NCBI GenBank assembly: GCA_018302235.1
Contig: JAGVZW010000001.1
Location: 1-52,396, forward strand
Length of the DNA stretch: 52,396 nucleotides
Reading direction: 5' to 3'
Source of the DNA: Candidatus Woesearchaeota archaeon
Lineage (GTDB): Archaea > Nanobdellota > Nanobdellia > SCGC-AAA011-G17 > GW2011-AR18
Below, in pieces: positions 40,359 through 50,889 of this stretch. The translations under genes and the position numbers were made by a program. The notes beneath the pieces were generated by a model. It made no database searches and was not told the origin of the DNA. It worked only from the letters and a program-made list of their open reading frames with translations. Numbering within the stretch: position 1 is the first letter of the stretch; each line of letters begins with the position of its first letter.

Positions 40359-41536
40359 TACGTCTCTAATTTTTTACTTTGTTTTTTTAAATTATAATTC
40401 TCTTCAATAAACATTTCTGCTGCTTTACTCATTTTAATCATCAAATCTTTATCTTCAATTAATTTCATCATATTTTTACTCATATCAAGATAATCTTTTT
40501 CTTTACTTAAAAATCCTGTTTTTCCATTTAAAACAACATTTGGAATATCTGAATGAAAGGTAGATATACAAGGCATACCAGCTGCCTGAGCTTCCATTAA
40601 TACAACAGGAGTACCCTCTTTATCCCCATTACTGGCAGTAATACTCGATAAAACAAACACATCACATTCTTTATAAGCCATTATTGATTCAACCCTGGGC
40701 TTATTAAATTTTGAACTATCTTCTATTTTAATTACGTTTTCTAATTTCAATTCTTTAAGCAATTCATTATATTTATTTATTAAACCACCTGTACCAATTA
40801 TTCTCATAGAAATATGTTTATATTTTTTATAACATTCATTAAAGGCGAATATTCCATATTCAATTCCTTTTTTTTCTATAAACCTACCAATTATTAAAAA
40901 TTTAATTTCATTTCCATATATTCTTTTAACTTTAAATTCTTCAATATTAACTCCTAATGGAAAAATAACTATTTTTTCTTTCTTACATCCTATTTTAATT
41001 AAACTATTCTTCATATCTTCTCCAAGTACAAAAAATAATTTTCCTTCCTTAAATAAACAATTATATAACAATTTATTTTTTTCACAATGAACAACATCAT
41101 TTCCATAAAAAGAAGTTAATATTGGCTTTTTAACCCTAAAAAATTTTCCTGCAATAACTGAAACTAGACCTGCTGGTGCCAATTGTGCATGAATAATATC
41201 ACTTTTCCTATATTCCTTAATTATTTTTATAAGAAAAGAAACAAAAAAAAATGGAACTAAAAACAAAAGAGATTTTTTCTTCTGAATATTAATAGCAATT
41301 CCATCTCCATAAGCTAACGTTTCTAAATTATTAAAAAAATATTTAAATCTCTCAATTTTAACATTATCTAAAACATCAGTTTTTTTTCCATTAGGAAAAT
41401 GTGGTGCAATAACTTTTACATTTATAGATAAATTTTTAACTAAATTTAACAAAAAATTTGCCCAAAAATCATTTTCATATCTAGGAAAAGTAGTAGTTAC
41501 TATCAATACTGAATTTTTTTCATTTTCCATATTCAA
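40265..41536 (-). CDS. Glycosyltransferase family 4 (WcaL-like)
   Basis: TTTFPR, IGRFIEKKG, GDKEGTPVVLMEAQAAGMPCIST. Confidence 0.92.
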   Translation of the reverse strand: MNMENEKNSVLIVTTTFPRYENDFWANFLLNLVKNLSINVKVIAPHFPNGKKTDVLDNVKIERFKYFFNNLETLAYGDGIAINIQKKKSLLFLVPFFFVSFLIKIIKEYRKSDIIHAQLAPAGLVSVIAGKFFRVKKPILTSFYGNDVVHCEKNKLLYNCLFKEGKLFFVLGEDMKNSLIKIGCKKEKIVIFPLGVNIEEFKVKRIYGNEIKFLIIGRFIEKKGIEYGIFAFNECYKKYKHISMRIIGTGGLINKYNELLKELKLENVIKIEDSSKFNKPRVESIMAYKECDVFVLSSITASNGDKEGTPVVLMEAQAAGMPCISTFHSDIPNVVLNGKTGFLSKEKDYLDMSKNMMKLIEDKDLMIKMSKAAEMFIEENYNLKKQSKKLETYYSFFSKNIQDGLNCDKKLSNEQGKNEIILE

Positions 41537-42350
41537 TTATTTTTCTTAATCCATCTTCTAAAGACATTTGTGGTACCCAATCTAAACAACTTTTAACTCC
41601 ATCAATATCCAGATAATACCTACATACATCATTTTCTCTTTGTTTAGGATCATATACTACATTAGCTTTTCTACCACTAATTCTTTCCATTAAATCTATA
41701 ACTTTTTTAAGTTCAACTTCTTGTCCTGAACCAATATTCAATATTCCATTAACATTACTACGAATGAGCATAATCAAAGCATCACATAAATCATCGATGT
41801 ACAAAAAATCTCTAGTTTGTTCTCCATTAGAAGAGATTCTCATTTCACATCCATATAATGATTTTAATGCAACGGGTATAAATAAATTAGCCTTCTGTTG
41901 AGGACCATAAACAAGACTCCCCCTAACAATTGTAAAAGGTTTTCCTTTTAACAATTCATCGATACATAACTGCTCTGCACATGCTTTTGACCAAGAATAA
42001 ATAGTATTTGGTCTAATTTTATCAGATTCTTTAAAAGGAACATCAATATTTCCATAAACAGCCGCAGTGCTCATAAAAATAAACCGATTTATATCTCCTA
42101 AACTCAAAATTAAATTTCTTGTCCCAAGATAATTTACACGATATGCTTTTAAAAAATCTTCACTATAAATATAACCAGCAAAATGAAAAACAACATCAGG
42201 TTCAACATCATAAATTTTTTTTCTTACATTTTCTTCATTAGTAATATCCGTTTCAACATCCAAAACATGTATATCATAAAATCCAGTTAATTTTTTAATT
42301 AAATATCCTCCTATAAAACCATTACCACCTGTTACTAATATTTTTTTCAT
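41520..42350 (-). CDS. NAD-dependent nucleotide-sugar epimerase/dehydratase
   Basis: ILVTGGNGFIGG, STAAVYG, YSWSK, VYGP, QTRDFLYIDD. Start set at MKKILVTGG. Confidence 0.92.
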   Translation of the reverse strand: MKKILVTGGNGFIGGYLIKKLTGFYDIHVLDVETDITNEENVRKKIYDVEPDVVFHFAGYIYSEDFLKAYRVNYLGTRNLILSLGDINRFIFMSTAAVYGNIDVPFKESDKIRPNTIYSWSKACAEQLCIDELLKGKPFTIVRGSLVYGPQQKANLFIPVALKSLYGCEMRISSNGEQTRDFLYIDDLCDALIMLIRSNVNGILNIGSGQEVELKKVIDLMERISGRKANVVYDPKQRENDVCRYYLDIDGVKSCLDWVPQMSLEDGLRKIIEYGK

Positions 42351-42482
42351 ATTTTTTTTAATGTAAATCCTTATTAAATTCAAATGTATTTAAAAATATA
42401 TATAAAAAAATTCAATATACTTAAAAAAAATCTTATTTATATTCAAGATAACTTTTTTAAATTCATTAAAATCAAAAATATA

Positions 42483-43400
42483 ATGTCAAAAAAAACTTGG
42501 CTAATCTGGACTATAAAACTACTTTTTGGATTAGTTATATTATTTATTCTATTTTACAAAGTAGGTATATATAATATATTAAATACTATAAAATCGATAA
42601 ATCCAATATATTTATTACCATTAATTATTACTTTTTTATCTGACTCTTTATTAGCAACACTAAATATAAAAATACTTCTTAAAGCAATAAATTTAAAATT
42701 AAAATATAAAATTTTACTTAATTATGTTTTATATTCATGGGCTTTAGCATTATTTACGCCAAGTAGAATTGGAGAATTCTCAATAGTTTATCATTTAAAA
42801 AAAGAAGAAATTCCATCAGGTGAAGCATTAGCAATAATATTAATTGATAAGTTAATTACATTTGTTAGTTTATCTATAATTTCTTTAGTTGGATTTTATA
42901 TATTTTATCCGAAAATATTCTTAACATTATTATTTTCATTTATTTCAACAATAATAATTCTATTATTTTTAATATCAAACGATTATTTAAAAAATTTATT
43001 TGTAAGATATATTTTAAGAAATTTTGCTCATTATTTTCAAGGCTTCAGAAAAACATTATTTTTAATTATTAAAAAAAAATTTCATTTTCTTCTATTGAAC
43101 TTCTTATTAACCATTCTAAAATGGTGTATAACAAGTTTTACAGTATATTTCATATTTCTTTCTTTAAGTAATTCCATTCCTTTATATTATATATTTATAA
43201 TAAACGCAATGATGGTTATTGTTTCGCTCATACCATTTACATTATCTGGGTTAGGTATAAGAGAACTAATTAGTGTAGCACTTTACTCAAAAATAGGCAT
43301 TCCAACAAATATAGCAACAAGTATGTTAATTATCCTATTGACAATATCTTATTTATGGGCAATTATAGTTATATTTTCCTATAAACACAAAAACATTTAA
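42483..43400 (+). CDS. UPF0104/AglD2 flippase-like membrane protein
   Basis: FTPSRIGE, DKLIT, LIPFTLSGLGIRE; about 8 TM helices. Confidence 0.85.
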   Translation: MSKKTWLIWTIKLLFGLVILFILFYKVGIYNILNTIKSINPIYLLPLIITFLSDSLLATLNIKILLKAINLKLKYKILLNYVLYSWALALFTPSRIGEFSIVYHLKKEEIPSGEALAIILIDKLITFVSLSIISLVGFYIFYPKIFLTLLFSFISTIIILLFLISNDYLKNLFVRYILRNFAHYFQGFRKTLFLIIKKKFHFLLLNFLLTILKWCITSFTVYFIFLSLSNSIPLYYIFIINAMMVIVSLIPFTLSGLGIRELISVALYSKIGIPTNIATSMLIILLTISYLWAIIVIFSYKHKNI

Positions 43401-43461
43401 AATTAAAAAAGAACTAAATAAAAATACATATATTTTTAAAAAAAAGATCTAGTATTAAAGT

Positions 43462-45204
43462 ATGACAACAATAAGAGATGACTTAAAAATAAAATTAAAA
43501 GATAAAAAATATCTATTTTGTATTATAATAATTCTTCTTTTAGCAATAATAGTAAGGTTCTCAAATTATTCTTCAGTAGAATACTGGAGTGATGATGTAG
43601 GTGTTGTACCTCATGCCCTTCTATGGTATTATCCCTACCCAATATATCCTGGATTATCCGGAACAGCTGAACCAGGATTAAGTCACCTTATAATTGGAAA
43701 ATTTTGTTTAATGTCTCAAGAAGACTTCTCAAGAGTTTCTGAAATACAACCAGGATTCCTAGTCGGAAGACCAGAATTAATTGGAAAACAACTCGTAAAT
43801 GCAGATAATTATTGTCATCTCCCAATGTATATATTCGGCCTACTATTTCTTATAACGATGATTATTCTAGCAATCTTACTTCTAGACAAACCTTCATCAC
43901 TATTTATGATCTCATTTATTTCGTTTTACCCATCAATTTTAGAGCTTAGTAGATTCATTCACCCAGATATTATTCAATGGTTTTTTATCACTTGTAATTT
44001 ATTATTCCTCTGGAAAGCATATTCAATAGAAAAATCATCAAAAAAAGAATTAACTTACTTTATACTTTCAAGCATATTCATAGGACTAGCCTTCGCAACA
44101 AAATTCACATCAGGAATATTTATTCCGTTCTTTATTGCAATATTATATTTAAAATATAAAGAAGAAGTAAACAACCACCTACATTCACTCTTAAATAAAC
44201 TAAACATTAAAATAAAAAAAACAGAAGAAAGAAATACAAAACCATTGATAAAAATAATTCTTGGATCTATAATTGCCTTTAACATAGCCTTTTGGCCTAT
44301 ATTTAAATTCTCATTAACAACACTAATTCAAGTCATAAAACAACAAGCATTTTTATTTCCAAGAAATGTTAGACAAGGATTCAATCCAACATTTTACGAA
44401 GGAATTAAAAAAATAATCCTACAAATGGATCCTATCACAACAATTGCATTTTTATTTTCTTTTTATATTTGTTATTTATTAATCAAAAAGAAAGATAAAA
44501 CAAAAGAAGAAACATTCATTTTAAGCTTATTTATTTTATACATAATAACAATTCTATTGTCTAAACCAATAACAGACGAAATACCAAGACTAAGTTTATT
44601 ATTAATCTTAATAGCACCAATTTTAAGTCTAACATTTTCAAATAAAGCATATTCTTTATTAAATAAATTTAAAATACATTCAAAAATAATCCTTTATCTT
44701 ATTTTAATAGTATTAATTATATTAGGTTCTTATAATTCATACACACAAATCCCAAAATTCGCTATTACAAATCCATTAGTTTGTCCATTTTTTAAAGAAG
44801 AATGTAATCTAATCAAATATAACAGCTTCTTAGTCAAACCAATTGCAAATAAACTAAATGAAATTTTAAAAGAAGAAGAAACATTCGAACCAAACGGTTA
44901 TGGGAACATTATGTACTATTACACTAGACAAGAAGAAGACATTCAAAATTATGGCTTTAAAACAGCATTTAAAGAACAAATAGGTAGGCCGTCAAGATTA
45001 GAAGAAAAAATTTTATATTGGCACCCATTCAATAGAACAATTCGCTATCTCGTAATCATTGAAAACGCAGAACTTGAATTTCCAGAAGAATCAACCGAAA
45101 TACAAACAAAATTGCTTCCAGCATATAGATTTGACTTTCCAAATCAAAAAGGTTATATTTATGATTTAAATTCTATTATAGTATACAACGAAACCAAGGG
45201 ATAA
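43462..45204 (+). CDS. GT-C fold membrane glycosyltransferase (PMT-like)
   Basis: TM1-RF..WSDD..EP, SRFIHPD, GLAFATKFTS. Confidence 0.75.
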   Translation: MTTIRDDLKIKLKDKKYLFCIIIILLLAIIVRFSNYSSVEYWSDDVGVVPHALLWYYPYPIYPGLSGTAEPGLSHLIIGKFCLMSQEDFSRVSEIQPGFLVGRPELIGKQLVNADNYCHLPMYIFGLLFLITMIILAILLLDKPSSLFMISFISFYPSILELSRFIHPDIIQWFFITCNLLFLWKAYSIEKSSKKELTYFILSSIFIGLAFATKFTSGIFIPFFIAILYLKYKEEVNNHLHSLLNKLNIKIKKTEERNTKPLIKIILGSIIAFNIAFWPIFKFSLTTLIQVIKQQAFLFPRNVRQGFNPTFYEGIKKIILQMDPITTIAFLFSFYICYLLIKKKDKTKEETFILSLFILYIITILLSKPITDEIPRLSLLLILIAPILSLTFSNKAYSLLNKFKIHSKIILYLILIVLIILGSYNSYTQIPKFAITNPLVCPFFKEECNLIKYNSFLVKPIANKLNEILKEEETFEPNGYGNIMYYYTRQEEDIQNYGFKTAFKEQIGRPSRLEEKILYWHPFNRTIRYLVIIENAELEFPEESTEIQTKLLPAYRFDFPNQKGYIYDLNSIIVYNETKG

Positions 45205-45423
45205 AATATTATTTTCTATTTTTAAATCCAAGATTCCTATCTATTTCATCTACAATTCTTAAAAGATTCTATGTTCTTAGAAATTATTTTTATATTTAAA
45301 TATTGTTAAAAGATGAAACTAATCAATTTTTATTGTGATTATATCATTAAAATACGAAAAATTTAAATAAATGTTGATTACTGAATTTAATATATTAATT
45401 CATCATGTTGGGTAGTGGTATAA

Positions 45424-45696
45424 ATGAAAATAAAACCTATGGGAGAAAGAATACTTATTAAACAGTACAAAAAAGAAGAAAAAACCGCGGGTGGTATATA
45501 TATCCCTGAATCAACAAAAGAAGAGAGAAAAGAAGGTGAAGTTGTTGCAGTTGGATATTATAAAGATGGAACAGAATTACCTCTAAAACCGGGGGATAAA
45601 ATACTTTATGGAGGATATAGCTCTGAAGATATAGAAATTGATGGGGAAAAACACATCTTTATTGATTTTAAAGATATATTAGCTAAAATTGAGTGA
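45424..45696 (+). CDS. groES: Co-chaperonin GroES
   Basis: IKPMGERILIK, mobile loop EEKTAGGIYIP, GEVVAVG, GDKILY, DILAKI. Confidence 0.95.
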   Translation: MKIKPMGERILIKQYKKEEKTAGGIYIPESTKEERKEGEVVAVGYYKDGTELPLKPGDKILYGGYSSEDIEIDGEKHIFIDFKDILAKIE

Positions 45697-45701
45697 GGTA
45701 G

Positions 45702-47321
<1,620 letters not shown>

Positions 47322-47366
47322 TTTTTTTATAATAAGTTTTATAATACTTTCTAAACCCCATGCTTT

Positions 47367-48290
47367 ATGGAATTAAAACCTATTGTACCAATAGAAATAA
47401 AAAAAAATATGCTTGTAAACGACCTTGTTCTAGCCATGAAAAATATTGGAGTAATGGGTGCTGGAAGAATAGGAGAAGCAGCAGATATTTTTACAAAAAT
47501 GATTCAAGATAAAGAATGTACTGTTTTTTTAGGTGCTGCTGGTGCTTTAATTCCAGGCGGACAAAGAGAACTATTAATCTCAATCTTAGAAAAAAAATGG
47601 ATAGACGTCTTTGTTTGTACTGGTGCAACATTGACACATGATTTAATTGAAGCCTTAGGTCACAATCACTACCAAGGCCACCATCTAATAGATGACAATG
47701 AATTAAATAAAAAAGGAATAGACAGGATATATGATTCTTTTATGAAAAATGATGTTTACGCTGATCTAGAAAAATTCTTCAATGAAAACGATTTTACAGG
47801 TGAATATAATATTAAAGAATTCTTATGGAAAATAGGATATTTTACAAAAAAAAGAAGTATTTTAAAAATATGCTATGAAAAGAAAATTCCCATTTTTTGT
47901 CCAGGTATAAGCGACTCTGGGATAGGTTTAATGGTATGGAATCAATTAAATAAAAATAAAAAAATCAAGGTTGATGTTTTCAATGATTTAAAAGAAATAT
48001 TAGATATTGCATGGACCTGTAAAAAAGCCGGAGTATTCTACTTGGGTGGTGGCTTGCCAAAAAATTTTATTCAACAAGCAATGCAATTTAGCCCGAAAGA
48101 TGGAGCAAGTTATGGAATTCAAATAACAACAGATAGACCAGAATCAGGCGGTAGTTCTGGTGCTGAATTAAGAGAAGGCATAAGTTGGGGAAAATTAAAC
48201 GAAAAAGCAAGATTCATTGATGTTATCTGCGATGTTACAATAGCTTTACCTTTAATAATAAATGCTGTTATTGATAGAATAGAACCTTAA
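47367..48290 (+). CDS. dys: Deoxyhypusine synthase
   Basis: TGATLTHDLIE, DRIYD, PGISDSGIG, LGGGLPKN, ESGGSSGAELREGISWGK, CDVTIALP. Confidence 0.93.
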   Translation: MELKPIVPIEIKKNMLVNDLVLAMKNIGVMGAGRIGEAADIFTKMIQDKECTVFLGAAGALIPGGQRELLISILEKKWIDVFVCTGATLTHDLIEALGHNHYQGHHLIDDNELNKKGIDRIYDSFMKNDVYADLEKFFNENDFTGEYNIKEFLWKIGYFTKKRSILKICYEKKIPIFCPGISDSGIGLMVWNQLNKNKKIKVDVFNDLKEILDIAWTCKKAGVFYLGGGLPKNFIQQAMQFSPKDGASYGIQITTDRPESGGSSGAELREGISWGKLNEKARFIDVICDVTIALPLIINAVIDRIEP

Positions 48291-48336
48291 AAATCATAAG
48301 AAAAGTTTATAAAATCTCCATTTTTCCATTAATTAT

Positions 48337-48441
48337 GGGCCCATAGCTTAGCCTGGCTGGAGCACCCGTACATTAAAATGGTGAAACTGATAAGTCAGCT
48401 AAGAAATCGGGAGGTCCTGCGTTCAAATCGCAGTGGGCCCA
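48337..48441 (+). tRNA. tRNA-Ile(GAT) with two introns (48369-48385 at 30/31; 48393-48405 at 37/38)
   Basis: Acceptor GGGCCCA/TGGGCCC, T arm CTGCG-TTCAAAT-CGCAG; removing both inserts gives CCCGA-CTGATAA-TCGGG; TATA at 48306-48313. Confidence 0.85.
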
Positions 48442-49289
48442 CTTTTTTTCAGACTACCTAACTTCTTTTGTTCCAAATTATCTAAAAAACGTTCAGTATT
48501 TTTAATCTGCTTATCAGTCCTTTTAGAATATACACGTATTCTCCCTCTAAAAATCTCTAAATCCTTTTTAGCTATCTCTAATTGTCTTTTTAATTCATCT
48601 TCATTTAAAGGCTCATCAATTATCCTCTTAAATTTAATTGCAGACAAATCAAGCCTATCATCTTTAATATTTTTTTTATGTTTATCTAAAATTCTCCTGA
48701 ACTCCATCCCAAATCTTTTTCTTTTTCTGATTTCATCACAAACTAAACTAATATCTTTCTTCTCCAAATCATTAATTTTTTTCTCTAATAAATTCATCCT
48801 CCCATGTATATATCTCTTATAATTATGCAATATATCTTCTTTTTCCCTCAATAAAGTATCTCTTTGTCTAATCAACACCCCTATTCTCTCATCCCTCATT
48901 GATTTTAATAAATTAAGCTTATCATCCAATCCATCTTCAATTAAATCAAGCCTTTCTTTCAGTCCATTATTATCTTTTAATTCATTTCTCCCAAAAAATC
49001 CCTTAAATAGCAACTTAATTCTCCTCAAACCAGTTAACTTTTTTATTCTGTTATCCCCCATATCATTAGTTTTATCAAAAGCCTCACGATTATGATAATC
49101 TAAAAAAGATTTTTTCTTCAAAAATAATAACTCTAAATCCCCTCTTTCTTTATCATGTGCTATCTTAATCCGTTTCAAAGATATTTTATACCTTTCATTC
49201 TCTCTAGCCTCCATTGTATCTATTTCATTTAACTTTTTATTAAAAACCTCCCCTATCCTAGCAATCATACTCTCTTTCTTATATTTCAT
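48423..49289 (-). CDS. Highly charged coiled-coil hypothetical protein
   Basis: 288-aa K/R/E/D-rich helical ORF, ATGA-coupled to the upstream gene; its 3' end overlaps the tRNA antisense. Confidence 0.6.
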   Translation of the reverse strand: MKYKKESMIARIGEVFNKKLNEIDTMEARENERYKISLKRIKIAHDKERGDLELLFLKKKSFLDYHNREAFDKTNDMGDNRIKKLTGLRRIKLLFKGFFGRNELKDNNGLKERLDLIEDGLDDKLNLLKSMRDERIGVLIRQRDTLLREKEDILHNYKRYIHGRMNLLEKKINDLEKKDISLVCDEIRKRKRFGMEFRRILDKHKKNIKDDRLDLSAIKFKRIIDEPLNEDELKRQLEIAKKDLEIFRGRIRVYSKRTDKQIKNTERFLDNLEQKKLGSLKKSGPTAI

Positions 49290-50170
49290 TTCAATCTATT
49301 AAAAATATCCTCTACTATATCTTTATTATACTTACTTAAGCATTTTTTTTTAATATCCATCCTTTTATAACCGCTTTTAATCATCCTCAAAATATCTTTT
49401 TTCATATTCAAAAGCTCTTTCCTATCCTTATCATATCCCTTCTTTATATAACCCTTTAATTCAAATCTATGCCTCCTATTTAATTCCTTAACAACCCTTG
49501 GTCTTCTTAATACAAACCACATAATAAAACCAAAAATAAAAAATCCACTCAAAATTAAATAAAATTGAAAATTAAAATCTTCATTCATAGGAACTGTTAT
49601 ATATACTGCTTCAACTAAATTATCTATACGTGCAACAATAAAATAATCACCCCCCCTTAAATTCAAATCTTTATAAAATAATTTCTGGTCTTGAACAAAA
49701 ATAACATCACTGAAAGACCCATAAAGATCACCATTATCATTATAAATATAATAATTAAGATCAAGCTCCTTTGGTGAACCATAATTAAATAACATTAATT
49801 CAAGTTTACCATCAACAAAATTTATATTAATATCCTTATCATCTTTAACACGATTTATAACCAATACAGGTACAATAACCCTTTCAACCCCATTATCAAT
49901 AAATAAAGAATCAAAATAATATAACTCTTTTTTTGGTAAATCAATATTTATATTAATCTCATCATTTATCTCTAATATAAAATTATTATGATAATTTCCT
50001 AAATCATCCTTAACACTATATTGCAATTGACCTGGACAAATATGTTTAATGCTAAAATCAAAGTTATTCCCTACAACATATCCATTATTTTCCAAACTAA
50101 AACACCTATATATTTCAGCATTAACTCCCATAATTAAAAATAATAATACAAAAAATATTTCATATTTCAA
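49286..50170 (-). CDS. Single-pass membrane protein (signal peptide, beta-rich ectodomain, basic cytoplasmic helical tail)
   Basis: N-terminal signal; TM FYLILSGFFIFGFIMWFVL followed by RRPR; C-terminal KGY/SGY helical repeats. Confidence 0.7.
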   Translation of the reverse strand: MKYEIFFVLLFLIMGVNAEIYRCFSLENNGYVVGNNFDFSIKHICPGQLQYSVKDDLGNYHNNFILEINDEININIDLPKKELYYFDSLFIDNGVERVIVPVLVINRVKDDKDININFVDGKLELMLFNYGSPKELDLNYYIYNDNGDLYGSFSDVIFVQDQKLFYKDLNLRGGDYFIVARIDNLVEAVYITVPMNEDFNFQFYLILSGFFIFGFIMWFVLRRPRVVKELNRRHRFELKGYIKKGYDKDRKELLNMKKDILRMIKSGYKRMDIKKKCLSKYNKDIVEDIFNRLK

Positions 50171-50179
50171 ATTCCCACC

Positions 50180-50656
50180 TCATATAACAACAACATCTGA
50201 ATAAACAAGCCTATTACCATCATATATCTCAATTAAATGCACCCCTTCTTCCAATCTCAAATCCCCTACATCTATCTCATTTAAATTATAATACCATCCC
50301 CCATTCTCAGCCTTAATTAACTCAATAGGAATTTCGTAACGCTCACCATCAATAACCATATAAGCATTAGTAGATAATTTATCATCCACATCTAAAACAA
50401 CCCTGCCTGTAATATTTATATCCTTCATAAAATACATAACTAAAAAAAATAGCATGGACAAAAAAACAAAAAACAAAAAACAAAAAACAAATCTCTTTGT
50501 TCTATTAAAACTAAATAACTCTTTCTTAGAACCCATATTCTTTATTTTCTTTAAAGCTGTTGATCTAGTCACTCCCAAATATACACTCTTAGTTGACTTA
50601 CCCCTTCGCACTGTAGTATAATAATAATACCTATTCCCAACGCGTTTTCTATGCAT
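50180..50656 (-). CDS. Membrane protein with basic N-terminal beta-hairpin domain
   Basis: MHRKRVGNRYYYYTTVRRGKSTKSVYLG, then TM, ITGRVV motif and a beta-rich acidic domain. Confidence 0.65.
   Translation of the reverse strand: MHRKRVGNRYYYYTTVRRGKSTKSVYLGVTRSTALKKIKNMGSKKELFSFNRTKRFVFCFLFFVFLSMLFFLVMYFMKDINITGRVVLDVDDKLSTNAYMVIDGERYEIPIELIKAENGGWYYNLNEIDVGDLRLEEGVHLIEIYDGNRLVYSDVVVI
50459..50491. repeat. Heptamer tandem repeat (CAAAAAA)n, about 4.5 units
   Basis: C at 50459, 50467, 50474, 50481 and 50488, separated by A runs of 7, 6, 6 and 6. Confidence 0.7.
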
Positions 50657-50778
50657 ATATTAAAAAAGACATAGCACTTTATAAAAGTTTTTAAGCAAAC
50701 TCAATCTTAAATAACAAGATATTTACAATTTTTTAAAAAAACAAAAAACTTATAAATCCTTATCAATCACTAAATACA

Positions 50779-50887
50779 AGCGGCCATAGGGATTTGGTAT
50801 ACCTGTACCCATTTCGAACACAGAAGTCAAGCAAATCTCCGATTTAAGTTGTACTGTTTTCAAGAACGGGAAGCTTAAATAGCTGCT
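50779..50887 (+). rRNA. rrf: 5S ribosomal RNA (stand-alone, about 109 nt)
   Basis: GCGGCCATA start, loop C ACCCATTTCGAACACAGAAG, helix II GGGATTTG/CAAATCTC, helix V ATTTAAGT/GCTTAAAT, GTA/GAA loop E, helix I AGCGGC/GCTGCT; TATA about 25 nt upstream. Confidence 0.9.
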
Positions 50888-50889
50888 AC

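Noticed and set aside
45205-45423. CIRCE/HrcA operator or structured RNA upstream of groES
   Set aside because: No TTAGCACTC-N9-GAGTGCTAA; only AT-rich sequence and perhaps a short minus-strand gene remnant.
48365-48381. Reading the interrupted tRNA as Met/Ile(CAT) from the TACATTA segment
   Set aside because: It lacks U33 and a pairing anticodon stem, whereas the two-intron GAT parse gives a perfect arm and a BHB.
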